Shown: positions 28,961 to 41,700 of the stretch, one piece after another
How the letters are laid out: each line of letters opens with the position of its first letter
How positions within the stretch are numbered: the first letter of the stretch is position 1
From: Rebecca billardiae RCC1528
Lineage: Eukaryota > Protista > Haptophyta
Length of the DNA: 64,000 bases
Direction of reading: 5' to 3'
NCBI GenBank assembly: GCA_965240325.2
Contig: OZ251243.1
Location: 1,353,317-1,417,316, forward strand
Position numbers and translations under genes: made by a program
The notes under the pieces: model-generated
What the model was told of the DNA's origin: nothing
Database searches by the model: none
The model's input: the letters and a program-made list of their open reading frames with translations, nothing else

Positions 28961-29552
28961 ACCGTCGCGCCGCAGAGAGGCGGCGGCGAGGCGAGCCGCC
29001 GAGGCCGAGCGCGCCGCAGTGCAGCATTGCGGCGCAAGAAGCCACGCCTCCGCGCGGGCCGCGGGCATGCTCCTGCTCCTGCGCGGGCGAGCGGCGGCGG
29101 GCGGGGGCGTGCAGCAGCGGCTTGCGGCGATAACAAGCACGTCGAGCGCCAGCGGCCCCCGTCGTCACGCCGCAAACGGGCGGCCGCGAGGCGAGTCGTC
29201 GAGGACGCGCCCCGCCGCGCAACCGTGGCGGCTGTGGCGGCTGGGCGCGCCGCGCGCGGCAGGCCTGACACGCCGCTGCCTCTGCGTAGGGGGCCGCAGC
29301 CGGCGGCAGCGTGCGTAGCATGTAGTTGATGACGCGCTCCGGCATGCCGCGCGTCAGGCGGGCGTGCGTCTGGCGAGCGTGTGGCAGTCAATAGCAGGGT
29401 GCGCGGTCCCGTTTGATCGTTGTCGTGCTCATCGTCGTGAGGTCGTCTCAGCATGGTCGAGCCGCTGCGAGAGCACAACGGCGAGTGGCACGCCTACGTG
29501 GAGTAGGCTCCGGCGCCCACCGCTCCGCGGCAGGGAGGAGGACTGCGTTGGG

Positions 29553-29765
29553 CATATATATATATATTGTTATGACGATAATAATAATAATATTATATTC
29601 GATGATGATCACTAGTGACGATATGATGCCAGCAGCATATCAGCATAGGGCGTCATATCTATAGCATCAGCAGCAGCACTCGACGACTAGCTACTATGCG
29701 ACTACCGGCGGCGCTCGTATAATATTGCGCTACTATACTACTGCGCTTTATAATAATACACCGAC
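29553..29765. repeat. AT-rich low-complexity island (TA, TAA, GAT, CAG runs) at the proximal border of the satellite
   Basis: Directly visible; sharp GC drop between the two tandem arrays. Confidence 0.8.
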
Positions 29766-29786
29766 ATCAGTCGCGCAGTGGTCTCA

Positions 29787-32700
29787 GGCCGCCCGGGGCT
29801 CCAGTCGTCAGCCCGCAACGCGCACGCTGTGGCGGCCCACCACGCCGGTAATTGGGCCTGCCCTCGCGGTTGCGGCTCGCCCGGGGGTCACTGCGGCCGG
29901 CCACGACGGCCGTTGCCCCACGTAATGGCTCTTGGGCCGTCGCTAAGGGAGACCGCACCAGCTCGGCCCGCCGTGTGCGCTACCGGCTCGGCGGCCGCGG
30001 GCGCGGCTCCAACCAGCCGCGACGCGCACGCCGTAGCGGCCCACCACGCCGTTAGTTGGGCCTGCCCTCGCGGTTGCGGCTCGCCCGGGGGTCACTGCGG
30101 CCGGCCACGACGGCAGATGCCCCACGTAACGGCTCTTGGGCCTTCGCTGAGGGCCACCGCACCAGCTCGGCTCGCCGTGTGCCACTGACTGACTGGCTCG
30201 GCACACGCAACCGCGGCTCCAACCAGCCGCGAGGCGCACGATGTAGCGGCCCACCACGCCGTTAGTTGGGCCTGCCCTCGCGGTTGCGGCTCGCCCGGGG
30301 GTCACTGCGGCCGGCCACGTCGGCCGTTGCCCCACGTAATGGCTCTTGGGCCGTCGCTAAGGGAGACCGCACCAGCTCGGCCCGCCGTGTGCGCTACCGG
30401 CTCGGCGGCCGCGGGCGCGGCTCCAACCAGCCGCAAAGCGCACGCCGTAGCGGCCCACCACGCCGTTAGTTGGGCCTGCCCTCGCGGTTGCGGCTCGCCC
30501 GGGGGTCACTGCGGCCGGCCACGACGGCAGATGCCCCACGTAACGGCTCTTGGGCCTTCGCTGAGGGCCACCGCACCAGCTCGGCACACGCAACCGCGGC
30601 TCCAACCAGCCGCGACAGCGGCCCACCACGCCGTTAGTTGGGCGTGCCCTCGCGGTTGCGGCTCGCCCGGGGGTCACTGCGGCCGGCCACGACGGCAGAT
30701 GCCCCACGTAACGGCTCTTGGGCCTTCGCTGAGGGCCACCGCACCAGCTCGGCTCGCCGTGTGCCACTGACTGGCTCGGCACACGCAACCGCGGCTCCAA
30801 CCAGCCGCGACGCGCACGCCGTAGCGGCCCACCACGCCGTTAGTTGGGCCTGCCCTCGCGGTTGCGGCTCGCCCGGGGGTCACTGCGGCCGGCCACGACG
30901 GCAGATGCCCCACGTAACGGCTCTTGGGCCTTCGCTGAGGGCCACCGCACCAGCTCGGCTCGCCGTGTGCCACTGACTGACTGGCTCGGCACACGCAACC
31001 GCGGCTCCAACCAGCCGCGACGCGCACGATGTAGCGGCCCACCACGCCGTTAGTTGGGCGTGCCCTCGCGGTTGCGGCTCGCCCGGGGGTCACTGCGGCC
31101 GGCCACGACGGCAGATGCCCCACGTAACGGCTCTTGGGCCTTCGCTGAGGGCCACCGCACCAGCTCGGCTCGCCGTGTGCCACTGACTGGCTCGGCACCC
31201 GCAACCGCGGCTCCAACCAGCCGCGACGCGCACGATGTAGCGGCCCACCACGCCGTTAGTTGGGCCTGCCCTCGCGGTTGCGGCTCGCCCGGGGGTCACT
31301 GCGGCCGGCCACGACGGCAGATGCCCCACGTAATGGCTCTTGGGCCGTCGCTAAGGGCCACCGCACCAGCTCGGCTCGCCGTGTGCCACTGACTGACTGG
31401 CTCGGCACACGCAACCGCGGCTCCAACCAGCCGCGACGCGCACGATGTAGCGGCCCACCACGCCGTTAGTTGGGCGTGCCCTCGCGGTTGCGGCTCGCCC
31501 GGGGGTCACTGCGGCCGGCCACGTCGGCAGATGCCCCACGTAATGGCTCTTGGGCCGTCGCTGAGGGCCACCGCACCAGCTCGGCTCGCCGTGTGCCACT
31601 GACTGGCTCGGCACACGCAACCGCGGCTCCAACCAGCCGCGACGCGCACGATGTAGCGGCCCACCACGCCGTTAGTTGGGCCTGCCCTCGCGGTTGCGGC
31701 TCGCCCGAGGGTCACTGCGGCCGGCCACGTCGGCCGTTGCCCCACGTAACGGCTCTTGGGCCGTCGCTGAGGGCCACCGCACCAGCTCGGCTCGCCGTGT
31801 GCCACTGACTGACTGGCTCGGCACACGCAACCGCGGCTCCAACCAGCCGCGACGCGCACGATGTAGCGGCCCACCACGCCGTTAGTTGGGCGTGCCCTCG
31901 CGGTTGCGGCTCGCCCGGGGGTCACTGCGGCCGGCCACGACGGCAGATGCCCCACGTAACGGCTCTTGGGCCTTCGCTGAGGGCCACCGCACCAGCTCGG
32001 CTCGCCGTGTGCCACTGACTGGCTCGGCACACGCAACCGCGGCTCCAACCAGCCGCGACGCGCACGATGTAGCGGCCCACCACGCCGTTAGTTGGGCCTG
32101 CCCTCGCGGTTGCGGCTCGCCCGGGGGTCACTGCGGCCGGCCACGACGGCAGATGCCCCACGTAACGGCTCTTGGGCCTTCGCTGAGGGCCACCGCACCA
32201 GCTCGGCTCGCCGTGTGCCACTGACTGACTGGCTCGGCACACGCAACCGCGGCTCCAACCAGCCGCGACGTGCACGATGTAGCGGCCCACCACGCCGTTA
32301 GTTGGGCCTGCCCTCGCGGTTGCGGCTCGCCCGGGGGTCACTGCGGCCGGCCACGACGGCAGATGCCCCACGTAACGGCTCTTGGGCCTTCGCTGAGGGC
32401 CACCGCACCAGCTCGGCTCGCCGTGTGCCACTGACTGGCTCGGCACCCGCAACCGCGGCTCCAACCAGCCGCGACGCGCACGATGTAGCGGCCCACCACG
32501 CCGTTAGTTGGGCCTGCCCTCGCGGTTGCGGCTCGCCCGGGGGTCACTGCGGCCGGCCACGACGGCAGATGCCCCACGTAATGGCTCTTGGGCCGTCGCT
32601 AAGGGCCACCGCACCAGCTCGGCTCGCCGTGTGCCACTGACTGGCTCGGCACACGCAACCGCGGCTCCAACCAGCCGCAAAGCGCACGCCGTAGCGGCCC

Positions 32701-35700
32701 ACCACGCCGTTAGTTGGGCGTGCCCTCGCGGTTGCGGCTCGCCCGGGGGTCACTGCGGCCGGCCGCGTCGGCAGATGCCCCACGTAATGGCTCTTGGGCC
32801 GTCGCTAAGGGAGACCGCACCAGCTCGGCTCGCCGTGTGCCACTGACTGGCTCGGCACACGCAACCGCGGCTCCAACCAGCCGCAAAGCGCACGCCGTAG
32901 CGGCCCACCACGCCGTTAGTTGGGCGTGCCCTCGCGGTTGCGGCTCGCCCGGGGGTCACTGCGGCCGGCCACGACGGCAGATGCCCCACGTAACGGCTCT
33001 TGGGCCTTCGCTGAGGGCCACCGCACCAGCTCGGCTCGCCGTGTGCCACTGACTGACTGGCTCGGCACACGCAACCGCGGCTCCAACCAGCCGCGACGCG
33101 CACGATGTAGCGGCCCACCACGCCGTTAGTTGGGCGTGCCCTCGCGGTTGCGGCTCGCCCGGGGGTCACTGCGGCCGGCCACGACGGCAGATGCCCCACG
33201 TAACGGCTCTTGGGCCTTCGCTGAGGGCCACCGCACCAGCTCGGCTCGCCGTGTGCCACTGACTGGCTCGGCACACGCAACCGCGGCTCCAACCAGCCGC
33301 GACGCGCACGCCGTAGCGGCCCACCACCCCGTTAGTTGGGCCTGCCCTCGCGGTTGCGGCTCGCCCGGGGGTCACTGCGGCCGGCCACGTCGGCCGTTGC
33401 CCCACGTAATGGCTCTTGGGCCGTCGCTGAGGGCCACCGCACCAGCTCGGCTCGCCGTGTGCCACTGACTGGCTCGGCACACGCAACCGCGGCTCCAACC
33501 AGCCGCGACGCGCACGATGTAGCGGCCCACCACGCCGTTAGTTGGGCCTGCCCTCGCGGTTGCGGCTCGCCCGGGGGTCACTGCGGCCGGCCACGACGGC
33601 AGATGCCCCACGTAACGGCTCTTGGGCCTTCGCTGAGGGCCACCGCACCAGCTCGGCTCGCCGTGTGCCACTGACTGGCTCGGCACACGCAACCGCGGCT
33701 CCAACCAGCCGCGACGTGCACGATGTAGCGGCCCACCACGCCGTTAGTTGGGCCTGCCCTCGCGGTTGCGGCTCGCCCGGGGGTCACTGCGGCCGGCCAC
33801 GACGGCAGATGCCCCACGTAATGGCTCTTGGGCCTTCGCTGAGGGCCACCGCACCAGCTCGGCTCGCCGTGTGCCACTGACTGGCTCGGCACACGCAACC
33901 GCGGCTCCAACCAGCCGCGACGCGCACGCCGTAGCGGCCCACCACGCCGTTAGTTGGGCCTGCCCTCGCGGTTGCGGCTCGCCCGGGGGTCACTGCGGCC
34001 GGCCACGACGGCAGATGCCCCACGTAACGGCTCTTGGGCCTTCGCTGAGGGCCACCGCACCAACTCGGCTCGCCGTGTGCCACTGACTGGCTCGGCACAC
34101 GCAACCGCGGCTCCAACCAGCCGCGACGCGCACGCCGTAGCGGCCCACCACGCCGTTAGTTGGGCGTGCCCTCGCGGTTGCGGCTCGCCCGGGGGTCACT
34201 GCGGCCGGCCACGTCGGCAGATGCCCCACGTAATGGCTCTTGGGCCGTCGCTGAGGGCCACCGCACCAGCTCGGCTCGCCGTGTGCCACTGACTGGCTCG
34301 GCACACGCAACCGCGGCTCCAACCAGCCGCGACGCGCACGATGTAGCGGCCCACCACGCCGTTAGTTGGGCCTGCCCTCGCGGTTGCGGCTCGCCCGAGG
34401 GTCACTGCGGCCGGCCACGTCGGCCGTTGCCCCACGTAACGGCTCTTGGGCCGTCGCTGAGGGCCACCGCACCAGCTCGGCTCGCCGTGTGCCACTGACT
34501 GACTGGCTCGGCACACGCAACCGCGGCTCCAACCAGCCGCGACGCGCACGATGTAGCGGCCCACCACGCCGTTAGTTGGGCGTGCCCTCGCGGTTGCGGC
34601 TCGCCCGGGGGTCACTGCGGCCGGCCACGACGGCAGATGCCCCACGTAACGGCTCTTGGGCCTTCGCTGAGGGCCACCGCACCAGCTCGGCTCGCCGTGT
34701 GCCACTGACTGGCTCGGCACACGCAACCGCGGCTCCAACCAGCCGCGACGCGCACGATGTAGCGGCCCACCACGCCGTTAGTTGGGCCTGCCCTCGCGGT
34801 TGCGGCTCGCCCGGGGGTCACTGCGGCCGGCCACGACGGCAGATGCCCCACGTAACGGCTCTTGGGCCTTCGCTGAGGGCCACCGCACCAGCTCGGCTCG
34901 CCGTGTGCCACTGACTGACTGGCTCGGCACACGCAACCGCGGCTCCAACCAGCCGCGACGTGCACGATGTAGCGGCCCACCACGCCGTTAGTTGGGCCTG
35001 CCCTCGCGGTTGCGGCTCGCCCGGGGGTCACTGCGGCCGGCCACGACGGCAGATGCCCCACGTAACGGCTCTTGGGCCTTCGCTGAGGGCCACCGCACCA
35101 GCTCGGCTCGCCGTGTGCCACTGACTGGCTCGGCACCCGCAACCGCGGCTCCAACCAGCCGCGACGCGCACGATGTAGCGGCCCACCACGCCGTTAGTTG
35201 GGCCTGCCCTCGCGGTTGCGGCTCGCCCGGGGGTCACTGCGGCCGGCCACGACGGCAGATGCCCCACGTAATGGCTCTTGGGCCGTCGCTAAGGGCCACC
35301 GCACCAGCTCGGCTCGCCGTGTGCCACTGACTGGCTCGGCACACGCAACCGCGGCTCCAACCAGCCGCAAAGCGCACGCCGTAGCGGCCCACCACGCCGT
35401 TAGTTGGGCGTGCCCTCGCGGTTGCGGCTCGCCCGGGGGTCACTGCGGCCGGCCACGTCGGCAGATGCCCCACGTAATGGCTCTTGGGCCGTCGCTAAGG
35501 GAGACCGCACCAGCTCGGCTCGCCGTGTGCCACTGACTGGCTCGGCACACGCAACCGCGGCTCCAACCAGCCGCAAAGCGCACGCCGTAGCGGCCCACCA
35601 CGCCGTTAGTTGGGCGTGCCCTCGCGGTTGCGGCTCGCCCGGGGGTCACTGCGGCCGGCCACGACGGCAGATGCCCCACGTAACGGCTCTTGGGCCTTCG

Positions 35701-38700
35701 CTGAGGGCCACCGCACCAGCTCGGCTCGCCGTGTGCCACTGACTGACTGGCTCGGCACACGCAACCGCGGCTCCAACCAGCCGCGACGCGCACGATGTAG
35801 CGGCCCACCACGCCGTTAGTTGGGCGTGCCCTCGCGGTTGCGGCTCGCCCGGGGGTCACTGCGGCCGGCCACGACGGCAGATGCCCCACGTAACGGCTCT
35901 TGGGCCTTCGCTGAGGGCCACCGCACCAGCTCGGCTCGCCGTGTGCCACTGACTGGCTCGGCACACGCAACCGCGGCTCCAACCAGCCGCGACGCGCACG
36001 CCGTAGCGGCCCACCACCCCGTTAGTTGGGCCTGCCCTCGCGGTTGCGGCTCGCCCGGGGGTCACTGCGGCCGGCCACGTCGGCCGTTGCCCCACGTAAT
36101 GGCTCTTGGGCCGTCGCTGAGGGCCACCGCACCAGCTCGGCTCGCCGTGTGCCACTGACTGGCTCGGCACACGCAACCGCGGCTCCAACCAGCCGCGACG
36201 CGCACGATGTAGCGGCCCACCACGCCGTTAGTTGGGCCTGCCCTCGCGGTTGCGGCTCGCCCGGGGGTCACTGCGGCCGGCCACGACGGCAGATGCCCCA
36301 CGTAACGGCTCTTGGGCCTTCGCTGAGGGCCACCGCACCAGCTCGGCTCGCCGTGTGCCACTGACTGGCTCGGCACACGCAACCGCGGCTCCAACCAGCC
36401 GCGACGTGCACGATGTAGCGGCCCACCACGCCGTTAGTTGGGCGTGCCCTCGCGGTTGCGGCTCGCCCGGGGGTCACTGCGGCCGGCCACGACGGCAGAT
36501 GCCCCACGTAACGGCTCTTGGGCCTTCGCTGAGGGCCACCGCACCAACTCGGCTCGCCGTGTGCCACTGACTGGCTCGGCACACGCAACCGCGGCTCCAA
36601 CCAGCCGCGACGCGCACGCCGTAGCGGCCCACCACGCCGTTAGTTGGGCGTGCCCTCGCGGTTGCGGCTCGCCCGGGGGTCACTGCGGCCGGCCACGACG
36701 GCAGATGCCCCACGTAACGGCTCTTGGGCCTTCGCTGAGGGCCACCGCACCAGCTCGGCTCGCCGTGTGCCACTGACTGGCTCGGCACACGCAACCGCGG
36801 CTCCAACCAGCCGCGACGCGCACGCCGTAGCGGCCCACCACGCCGTTAGTTGGGCCTGCCCTCGCGGTTGCGGCTCGCCCGGGGGTCACTGCGGCCGGCC
36901 ACGACGGCAGATGCCCCACGTAACGGCTCTTGGGCCTTCGCTGACGGCCAGCTCGGCTCGCCGTGTGCCACTGACTGACTGGCTCGGCACACGCAACCGC
37001 GGCTCCAACCAGCCGCGACGCGCACGATGTAGCGGCCCACCACGCCGTTAGTTGGGCGTGCCCTCGCGGTTGCGGCTCGCCCGGGGGTCACTGTGGCCGG
37101 CCACGACGGCAGATGCCCCACGTAACGGCTCTTGGGCCTTCGCTGAGGGCCACCGCACCAGCTCGGCTCGCCGTGTGCCACTGACTGGCTCGGCACACGC
37201 AACCGCGGCTCCAACCAGCCGCGACGCGCACGCCGTAGCGGCCCACCACGCCGTTAGTTGGGCCTGCCCTCGCGGTTGCGGCTCGCCCGGGGGTCACTGC
37301 GGCCGGCCACGACGGCAGATGCCCCACGTAACGGCTCTTGGGCCTTCGCTGAGGGCCACCGCACCAGCTCGGCTCGCCGTGTGCCACTGACTGACTGGCT
37401 CGGCACACGCAACCGCGGCTCCAACCAGCCGCGACGCGCACGCCGTAGCGGCCCACCACGCCGTTAGTTGGGCCTGCCCTCGCGGTTGCGGCTCGCCCGG
37501 GGGTCACTGCGGCCGGCCACGTCGGCCGGTGCCCCACGTAATGGCTCTTGGGCCGTCGCTAAGGGAGACCGCACCAGCTCGGCCCGCCGTGTGCGCTACC
37601 GGCTCGGCGGCCGCGGGCGCGGCTCCAACCAGCCGCGACGCGCACGCCGTAGCGGCCCACCACGCCGTTAGTTGGGCCTGCCCTCGCGGTTGCGGCTCGC
37701 CCGGGGGTCACTGCGGCCGGCCACGTCGGCCGTTGCCCCACGTAACGGCTCTTGGGCCGTCGCTAAGGGAGACCGCACCAGCTCGGCTCGCCGTGTGCCA
37801 CTGACTGGCTCAGCACACGCAACCGCGGCTCCAACCAGCCGCGAGGCGCACGATGTAGCGGCCCACCACGCCGTTAGTTGGGCCTGCCCTCGCGGTTGCG
37901 GCTCGCCCGGGGGTCACTGCGGCCGGCCACGACGGCAGATGCCCCACGTAACGGCTCTTGGGCCGTCGCTAAGGGAGACCGCACCAGCTCGGCCCGCCGT
38001 GTGCGCTACCGGCTCGGCGGCCGCGGGCGCGGCTCCAACCAGCCGCGACGCGCACGCCGTAGCGGCCCACCACGCCGTTAGTTGGGCCTGCCCTCGCGGT
38101 TGCGGCTCGCCCGGGGGTCACTGCGGCCGGCCACGACGGCAGATGCCCCACGTAACGGCTCTTGGGCCTTCGCTGAGGGCCACCGCACCAGCTCGGCTCG
38201 CCGTGTGCCACTGACTGGCTCGGCACACGCAACCGCGGCTCCAACCAGCCGCGACGCGCACGCCGTAGCGGCCCACCACGCCGTTAGTTGGGCCTGCCCT
38301 CGCGGTTGCGGCTCGCCCGAGGGTCACTGCGGCCGGCCACGTCGGCCGTTGCCCCACGTAATGGCTCTTGGGCCGTCGCTGAGGGCCACCGCACCAGCTC
38401 GGCCCGCCGTGTGCCACTGACTGACTGGCTCGGCACACGCAACCGCGGCTCCAACCAGCCGCGACGCGCACGCCGTAGCGGCCCGCCACGCCGTTAGTTG
38501 GGCGTGCCCTCGCGGTTGCGGCTCGCCCGGGGGTCACTGCGGCCGGCCACGACGGCAGATGCCCCACGTAACGGCTCTTGGGCCGTCGCTGAGGGCCACC
38601 GCACCAGCTCGGCTCGCCGTGTGCCACTGGCTGGCTCGGCACACGCAACCGCGGCTCCAACCAGCCGCGACGCGCACGCCGTAGCGGCCCACCACGCCGT

Positions 38701-41700
38701 TAGTTGGGCCTGCCCTCGCGGTTGCGGCTCGCCCGGGGGTCACTGCGGCCGGCCACGTCGGCCGTTGTCCCACGTAATGGCTCTTGGGCCGTCGCTGAGG
38801 GCCACCGCACCAGCTCGGCCCGCCGTGTGCGCTACCGGCTTGGCGGCAGCGGGCGCGGCTCCAACCAGCCGCGACGCGCACGATGTAGCGGCCCACCACG
38901 CCGTTAGTTGGGCCTGCCCTCGCGGTTGCGGCTCGCCCGGGGGTCACTGCGGCCGGCCACGACGGCAGATGCCCCACGTAACGGCTCTTGGGCCTTCGCT
39001 GAGGGCCACCGCACCAGCTCGGCTCGCCGTGTGCCACTGACTGACTGGCTCGGCACACGCAACCGCGGCTCCAACCAGCCGCGACGCGCACGATGTAGCG
39101 GCCCACCACGCCGTTAGTTGGGCCTGCCCTCGCGGTTGCGGCTCGCCCGGGGGTCACTGCGGCCGGCCACGACGGCAGATGCCCCACGTAACGGCTCTTG
39201 GGCCTTCGCTGAGGGCCACCGCACCAGCTCGGCTCGCCGTGTGCCACTGACTGACTGGCTCGGCACACGCAACCGCGGCTCCAACCAGCCGCGACGCGCA
39301 CGATGTAGCGGCCCACCACGCCGTTAGTTGGGCGTGCCCTCGCGGTTGCGGCTCGCCCGGGGGTCACTGCGGCCGGCCACGACGGCAGATGCCCCACGTA
39401 ACGGCTCTTGGGCCTTCGCTGAGGGCCACCGCACCAGCTCGGCTCGCCGTGTGCCACTGACTGACTGGCTCGGCACACGCAACCGCGGCTCCAACCAGCC
39501 GCGACGCGCACGATGTAGCGGCCCACCACGCCGTTAGTTGGGCCTGCCCTCGCGGTTGCGGCTCGCCCGGGGGTCACTGCGGCCGGCCACGACGGCAGAT
39601 GCCCCACGTAATGGCTCTTGGGCCGTCGCTGAGGGCCATCGCACCAGCTCGCCGTGTGCCACTGACTGGCTCGGCACCCGCAACCGCGGCTCCAACCAGC
39701 CGCGACGCGCACGATGTAGCGGCCCACCACGCCGTTAGTTGGGCCTGCCCTCGCGGTTGCGGCTCGCCCGGGGGTCACTGCGGCCGGCCACGACGGCAGA
39801 TGCCCCACGTAACGGCTCTTGGGCCTTCGCTGAGGGCCACCGCACCAGCTCGGCTCGCCGTGTGCCACTGACTGACTGGCTCGGCACACGCAACCGCGGC
39901 TCCAACCAGCCGCGACGCGCACGATGTAGCGGCCCACCACGCCGTTAGTTGGGCGTGCCCTCGCGGTTGCGGCTCGCCCGGGGGTCACTGCGGCCGGCCA
40001 CGACGGCAGATGCCCCACGTAACGGCTCTTGGGCCTTCGCTGAGGGCCACCGCACCAGCTCGGCTCGCCGTGTGCCACTGACTGGCTCGGCACACGCAAC
40101 CGCGGCTCCAACCAGCCGCGACGCGCACGCCGTAGCGGCCCACCACCCCGTTAGTTGGGCCTGCCCTCGCGGTTGCGGCTCGCCCGGGGGTCACTGCGGC
40201 CGGCCACGTCGGCCGTTGCCCCACGTAATGGCTCTTGGGCCGTCGCTGAGGGCCACCGCACCAGCTCGGCTCGCCGTGTGCCACTGACTGGCTCGGCACA
40301 CGCAACCGCGGCTCCAACCAGCCGCGACGCGCACGATGTAGCGGCCCACCACGCCGTTAGTTGGGCCTGCCCTCGCGGTTGCGGCTCACCCGGGGGTCAC
40401 TGCGGCCGGCCACGACGGCAGATGCCCCACGTAACGGCTCTTGGGCCTTCGCTGAGGGCCACCGCACCAGCTCGGCTCGCCGTGTGCCACTGACTGACTG
40501 GCTCGGCACACGCAACCGCGGCTCCAACCAGCCGCGACGCGCACGATGTAGCGGCCCACCACGCCGTTAGTTGGGCGTGCCCTCGCGGTTGCGGCTCGCC
40601 CGGGGGTCACTGCGGCCGGCCACGACGGCAGATGCCCCACGTAACGGCTCTTGGGCCTTCGCTGAGGGCCACCGCACCAGCTCGGCTCGCCGTGTGCCAC
40701 TGACTGGCTCGGGACACGCAACCGCGGCTCCAACCAGCCGCAAAGCGCACGCCGTAGCGGCCCACCACGCCGTTAGTTGGGCCTGCCCTCGCGGTTGCGG
40801 CTCGCCCGGGGGTCACTGCGGCCGGCCACGACGGCAGATGCCCCACGTAACGGCTCTTGGGCCTTCGCTGAGGGCCACCGCACCAGCTCGGCCCGCCGTG
40901 TGCGCTACCGGCTCGGCGGCCGCGGGCGCGGCTCCAACCAGCCGCGACGCGCACGCCGTAGCGGCCCACCACGCCGTTAGTTGGGCCTGCCCTCGCGGTT
41001 GCGGCTCGCCCGGGGGTCACTGCGGCCGGCCACGACGGCAGATGCCCCACGTAACGGCTCTTGGGCCTTCGCTGAGGGCCACCGCACCAGCTCGGCACAC
41101 GCAACCGCGGCTCCAACCAGCCGCGACGCGCACGATGTAGCGGCCCACCACGCCGTTAGTTGGGCGTGCCCTCGCGGTTGCGGCTCGCCCGGGGGTCACT
41201 GCGGCCGGCCACGACGGCAGATGCCCCACGTAACGGCTCTTGGGCCTTCGCTGAGGGCCACCGCACCAGCTCGGCTCGCCGTGTGCCACTGACTGGCTCG
41301 GCACCCGCAACCGCGGCTCCAACCAGCCGCGACGCGCACGATGTAGCGGCCCACCACGCCGTTAGTTGGGCCTGCCCTCGCGGTTGCGGCTCGCCCGGGG
41401 GTCACTGCGGCCGGCCACGACGGCAGATGCCCCACGTAACGGCTCTTGGGCCTTCGCTGAGGGCCACCGCACCAGCTCGGCTCGCCGTGTGCCACTGACT
41501 GACTGGCTCGGCACACGCAACCGCGGCTCCAACCAGCCGCGACGCGCACGCCGTAGCGGCCCACCACGCCGTTAGTTGGGCCTGCCCTCGCGGTTGCGGC
41601 TCGCCCGGGGGTCACTGCGGCCGGCCACGTCGGCAGATGCCCCACGTAATGGCTCTTGGGCCTTCGCTGAGGGCCACCGCACCAGCTCGGCTCGCCGTGT

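Noticed and set aside
26554-29478. Three 850-970 aa minus-strand ORFs
   Set aside because: They run through the ~191/155-bp tandem repeat, swap frames between units and have low-complexity composition.
1-29500. Intact Polinton-like virus, giant-virus insert, DIRS element or telomeric retrotransposon
   Set aside because: No capsid, packaging ATPase, tyrosine recombinase, integrase, reverse transcriptase or transposase motifs were recognised, and no bounding long TIRs or LTRs.
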